The position numbers and the translations under genes are program-made. Below, one piece after another: positions 61,279 to 64,000 of a stretch of 64,000 bases of DNA. The first letter of the stretch is position 1. Every line of letters begins with the position of its first letter. The notes under the pieces were generated by a model. It ran no database searches and was not told the origin of the DNA. It saw nothing but the letters and a program-made list of their open reading frames with translations. Source of the DNA: Marsupella aquatica (taxonomy: Eukaryota; Plantae; Marchantiophyta); assembly GCA_973895155.1 (NCBI GenBank), contig OZ316897.1, positions 10,129,832 through 10,193,831 of the forward strand. Reading direction: 5' to 3'.

Positions 61279-64000
61279 GTGAACACGTCAAGTGCAGAGC
61301 GCCGTCAACTTAAAGGGAAGGAGGTGGCTGATACTTTAGAGGATGGGTTGGATGACGATGACTCCGACGCAGAAGGAAGCGATGACGAGGCTGAAGCCGA
61401 AACAGAGGAAGAGGGTCAGGATGCAGAGGAGGAACTGATCTCAGCCTTGAGAGGGTTGAATGCGGAACCAGAGGATGATGTCAAGCTGGACGTCATCGTG
61501 GATAATTTGACCAGGCAGAACCAGGATGACGCGGGTGATACCTCAGTCCCGGGAGGTCATGGTGCTTGCAAGACATGGGGGGTATCACCAAAATTCACAA
61601 GAGAACCTAAGGACAGGAGGCCCACAAAGGAAAGACGGTTGGAGGACCGTCCTCATACAACCCGCAAGGGCCCGGCCGCTGACGACGGTCTGGGTCCGTT
61701 GGCTCAAGACCAACGACTCATCTACGAGCAGTTGGAACACAACAAGGGGGCCCAGATTAAGTACTTACTTAGTTTGGGTAGTCAGAGTGCGTCGCGTCCC
61801 GAGGGGGGAATGGTAGTTGGACGGAGTATGTTCCAAGTGAACCAGCTACCGACTCCTCCAACTTACGACAGGGCCTACAAACAAAGTGGACAAAAGTTCC
61901 TGAGTTGGCTCTCCACGATGGAGATTCATCTCCAAGCGTGCGTTGAGCGTTCCACTTGGGCTACCGCAACCGCTCCTTACCTGAAGGACTATGCCTTGAC
62001 TTGGTACAAGTCATGGAAGAAGTCGCGAGAGGACTCCTCCTTGCCGTTAACTTGGGAAAACCTGGTTGAGGGTCTCCATGCTCATGTCACCACTAAGTAC
62101 CCAAAGTGGCACGCTCAGATATGTGTAATGGAGATGAGCTTCAGGGGTGATATCCAAAAGTTCATCACTTATTACCAGAATCAGTTGGCGTGTATCCCGG
62201 CGGGACAAGAGACCCTACATACACAGCTTCACAACTTTATCGTGAAGCTCCCGCTGTTGCTCAGGGAAAAGTTGCAAGAAAAGTGTCATGAGTTCAAAAC
62301 GCTTTCTGACGCCTTTGACAAGGCCACTACGTTGGTGAATAACCGACCGGACTTGGCGAAGGTGGGTGGCAAGGGATCCGAGGGGGAAGCTGGGAAAGCG
62401 AAAGGTCCCGGGAATAAGCGTAAGCAACCTGAGGGGGCGGGGGCCGGTGGTTCGGATCCCCAGCCCCAGAATGGAGAAGCTAAGCAAAACCGGAAGGCCG
62501 GCAACTTCAAGAAAGGAGCTCATCAGCACAGAAAGCAAATAAGCAGGAAACCATGGAGCAAAGGCGGGCTGAAGGTTTGTGCTTCACATGTGGTGCCATG
62601 GGCCATCAAAGTAAGGATTGTTCCACAAAAGGTGGCAAGCCAAACGGAGATGGTGGAGGGCAGAAGAGCATTAAGGTAAGTATCGCTCTAACCAAACCCT
62701 TCGTAGCTGACAAGGTCCCTGTAGGGGATGTCCCTGACGGAGAGAGGGTGTTGTTGCGAGAGAAGATACCTAAAGTTAAGACAATGGATCCTGAAAAACT
62801 GATTTTTGTGAATGTCACTTCTAACGGTAATCCGGGTGTTGCTTTGGTGGATACAGGCGCGACCACCTGCTTCATAAGTGGGCAGGCGGCAGCTCGTCTT
62901 GGGGTGGACGTGCAAGAGTTGCTACAACCGTTAGTGTGCAAGTTTGCCAACGACACAAAGGGGATAGTGTCCAGAGTAGTGCACTTTTGTTGTTGTCATA
63001 GGCGAACAACAATAGTCATAGTCAACAACAAATTTTTGTTAGTCAGGAGATGTTTTACGTTCTAGACGGTCTAGCCATAGACTTCATTTTGTCGATAGGT
63101 TATCTCAGAAAGCACAATGTTACCTTGAAACCGGAGGGTGAGGTGCTCCATTTTCCCAATAAGGGCGGTGAGCACATCGTTGTACATGAAATTACCGAAA
63201 ATAAAGAAAGATTTCTTAAAGTAAGTAAAGTGTCGTGGATGTCTCCGTGTGTATCGGCGAAGCAATGGTGGAAAGACTTCAAGGGTGGACATGAATGTTT
63301 CTTCTTTCATCTCCACCCAACTAAGGAGGCTGCGTCGTAAACCAAAGGTCAAGTCAGCTAAGGTCAGGCCCGATTGCGGTCAAATTCCTGAAATTTTAGA
63401 GAAATTCAACAACGTGCTCTTGCAGAAGCTACCTAAAGGTTTACCCCCGCGGAGAGAAGTGGATCACCAAGTTGAGTTGGAGCCGGGATTGGCTCCTCAG
63501 GCTAAAGCTCCTTATCGTTTGAACCTGAACGAATGATGTTGAAAAATGCCTTGGAAGAGTTGATCAACCAGGGGTTCATTCGCCCTAGTAAGAGTCCTTA
63601 TGGGGCGCCCATGCTATTTGTGTCCAAAAAGGATGGTACTTTGAGATTGTGCGCAGATTACCGGGCCCTCAATAAGCAAACGGTAAAGAACAAGTACCCG
63701 TTACCTCATATGGATGACCTCTTCGATTGCCTCTCTGGGGCTAAGAAGTTTTCAAAGGTGGACTTGCGGTCTGGGTATTACCAGATCCGCATGGCTACGG
63801 GAGATGAGTCTAAGACCGCGATGTGCACAAGGTTCGGATCCTATGAGTTTTTGGTTATGCCGTTCGGGTTGTGTAATGCAACCACAACGTTCATGAAGAT
63901 GATGAATACCATCTTTCATGACTTGTTGGACCAAGGAGTGGTTGTCTTTATTGACGACATCCTAATCTACTCGAAAACGTTGGAGGAACATGAGCAGTTG
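61279..64000 (+). pseudogene. gag-pol: gypsy gag-PR-RT, frameshifted, partial
   Basis: Gag YLKDYALTWY..TWENL; CFTCGAMGHQSKDC; LVDTGATTCFI; [53 protein letters not shown]. Confidence 0.93.

Larger units (their letters stand above)
59764..64000 (+). mobile_element. Ty3/gypsy LTR retrotransposon (chromovirus-like RT), 5' part; runs off the window; frameshifted
   Basis: Putative ~1.2-kb LTR, tRNA-iMet PBS, gag, zinc knuckle, protease and RT N-terminus. Confidence 0.92.

Noticed and set aside
62530-62560. Programmed frameshift in gypsy gag
   Set aside because: The shift falls before the zinc knuckle, no clear slippery heptamer is present, and there are further frameshifts downstream.

Overview
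Eukaryotic, transposon-dense land-plant DNA. A bryophyte or liverwort origin is inferred from gene content and is not proven. Only two apparently functional host genes are visible: the first coding exon of a minus-strand gene at the left edge, and an intact intronless BTB/POZ-SPRY-like gene (45471-47066). The rest is mobile DNA and gene debris. (1) A five-layer nested insertion resolved by target-site duplications (TSDs): Pif1-helicase remnant < solo LTR < truncated LINE < full-length LINE < solo LTR (19572-31490). (2) A full-length Bianca-type Ty1/copia with 105-bp LTRs and a TSD-flanked gag-only derivative of a relative. (3) The 5' half of a Ty3/gypsy element. (4) Four copies of a long solo-LTR family, one carrying a poly(A) polymerase fragment. 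(5) A non-autonomous MULE with a 9-bp TSD, other TIR/foldback elements, a MULE transposase pseudogene and a higher-order minisatellite. (6) Pseudogene fragments of LTO1/ORAOV1 and a GUN1-like PPR gene. The most unusual signal is that all three TSD-bounded L1-like LINE copies end in a fixed module rather than poly(A): a covarying stem-loop, a templated A-rich tract, then ATTCCAAGG/CTTCAAGG. All protein identifications come from motif recognition by eye; no database searches were run.
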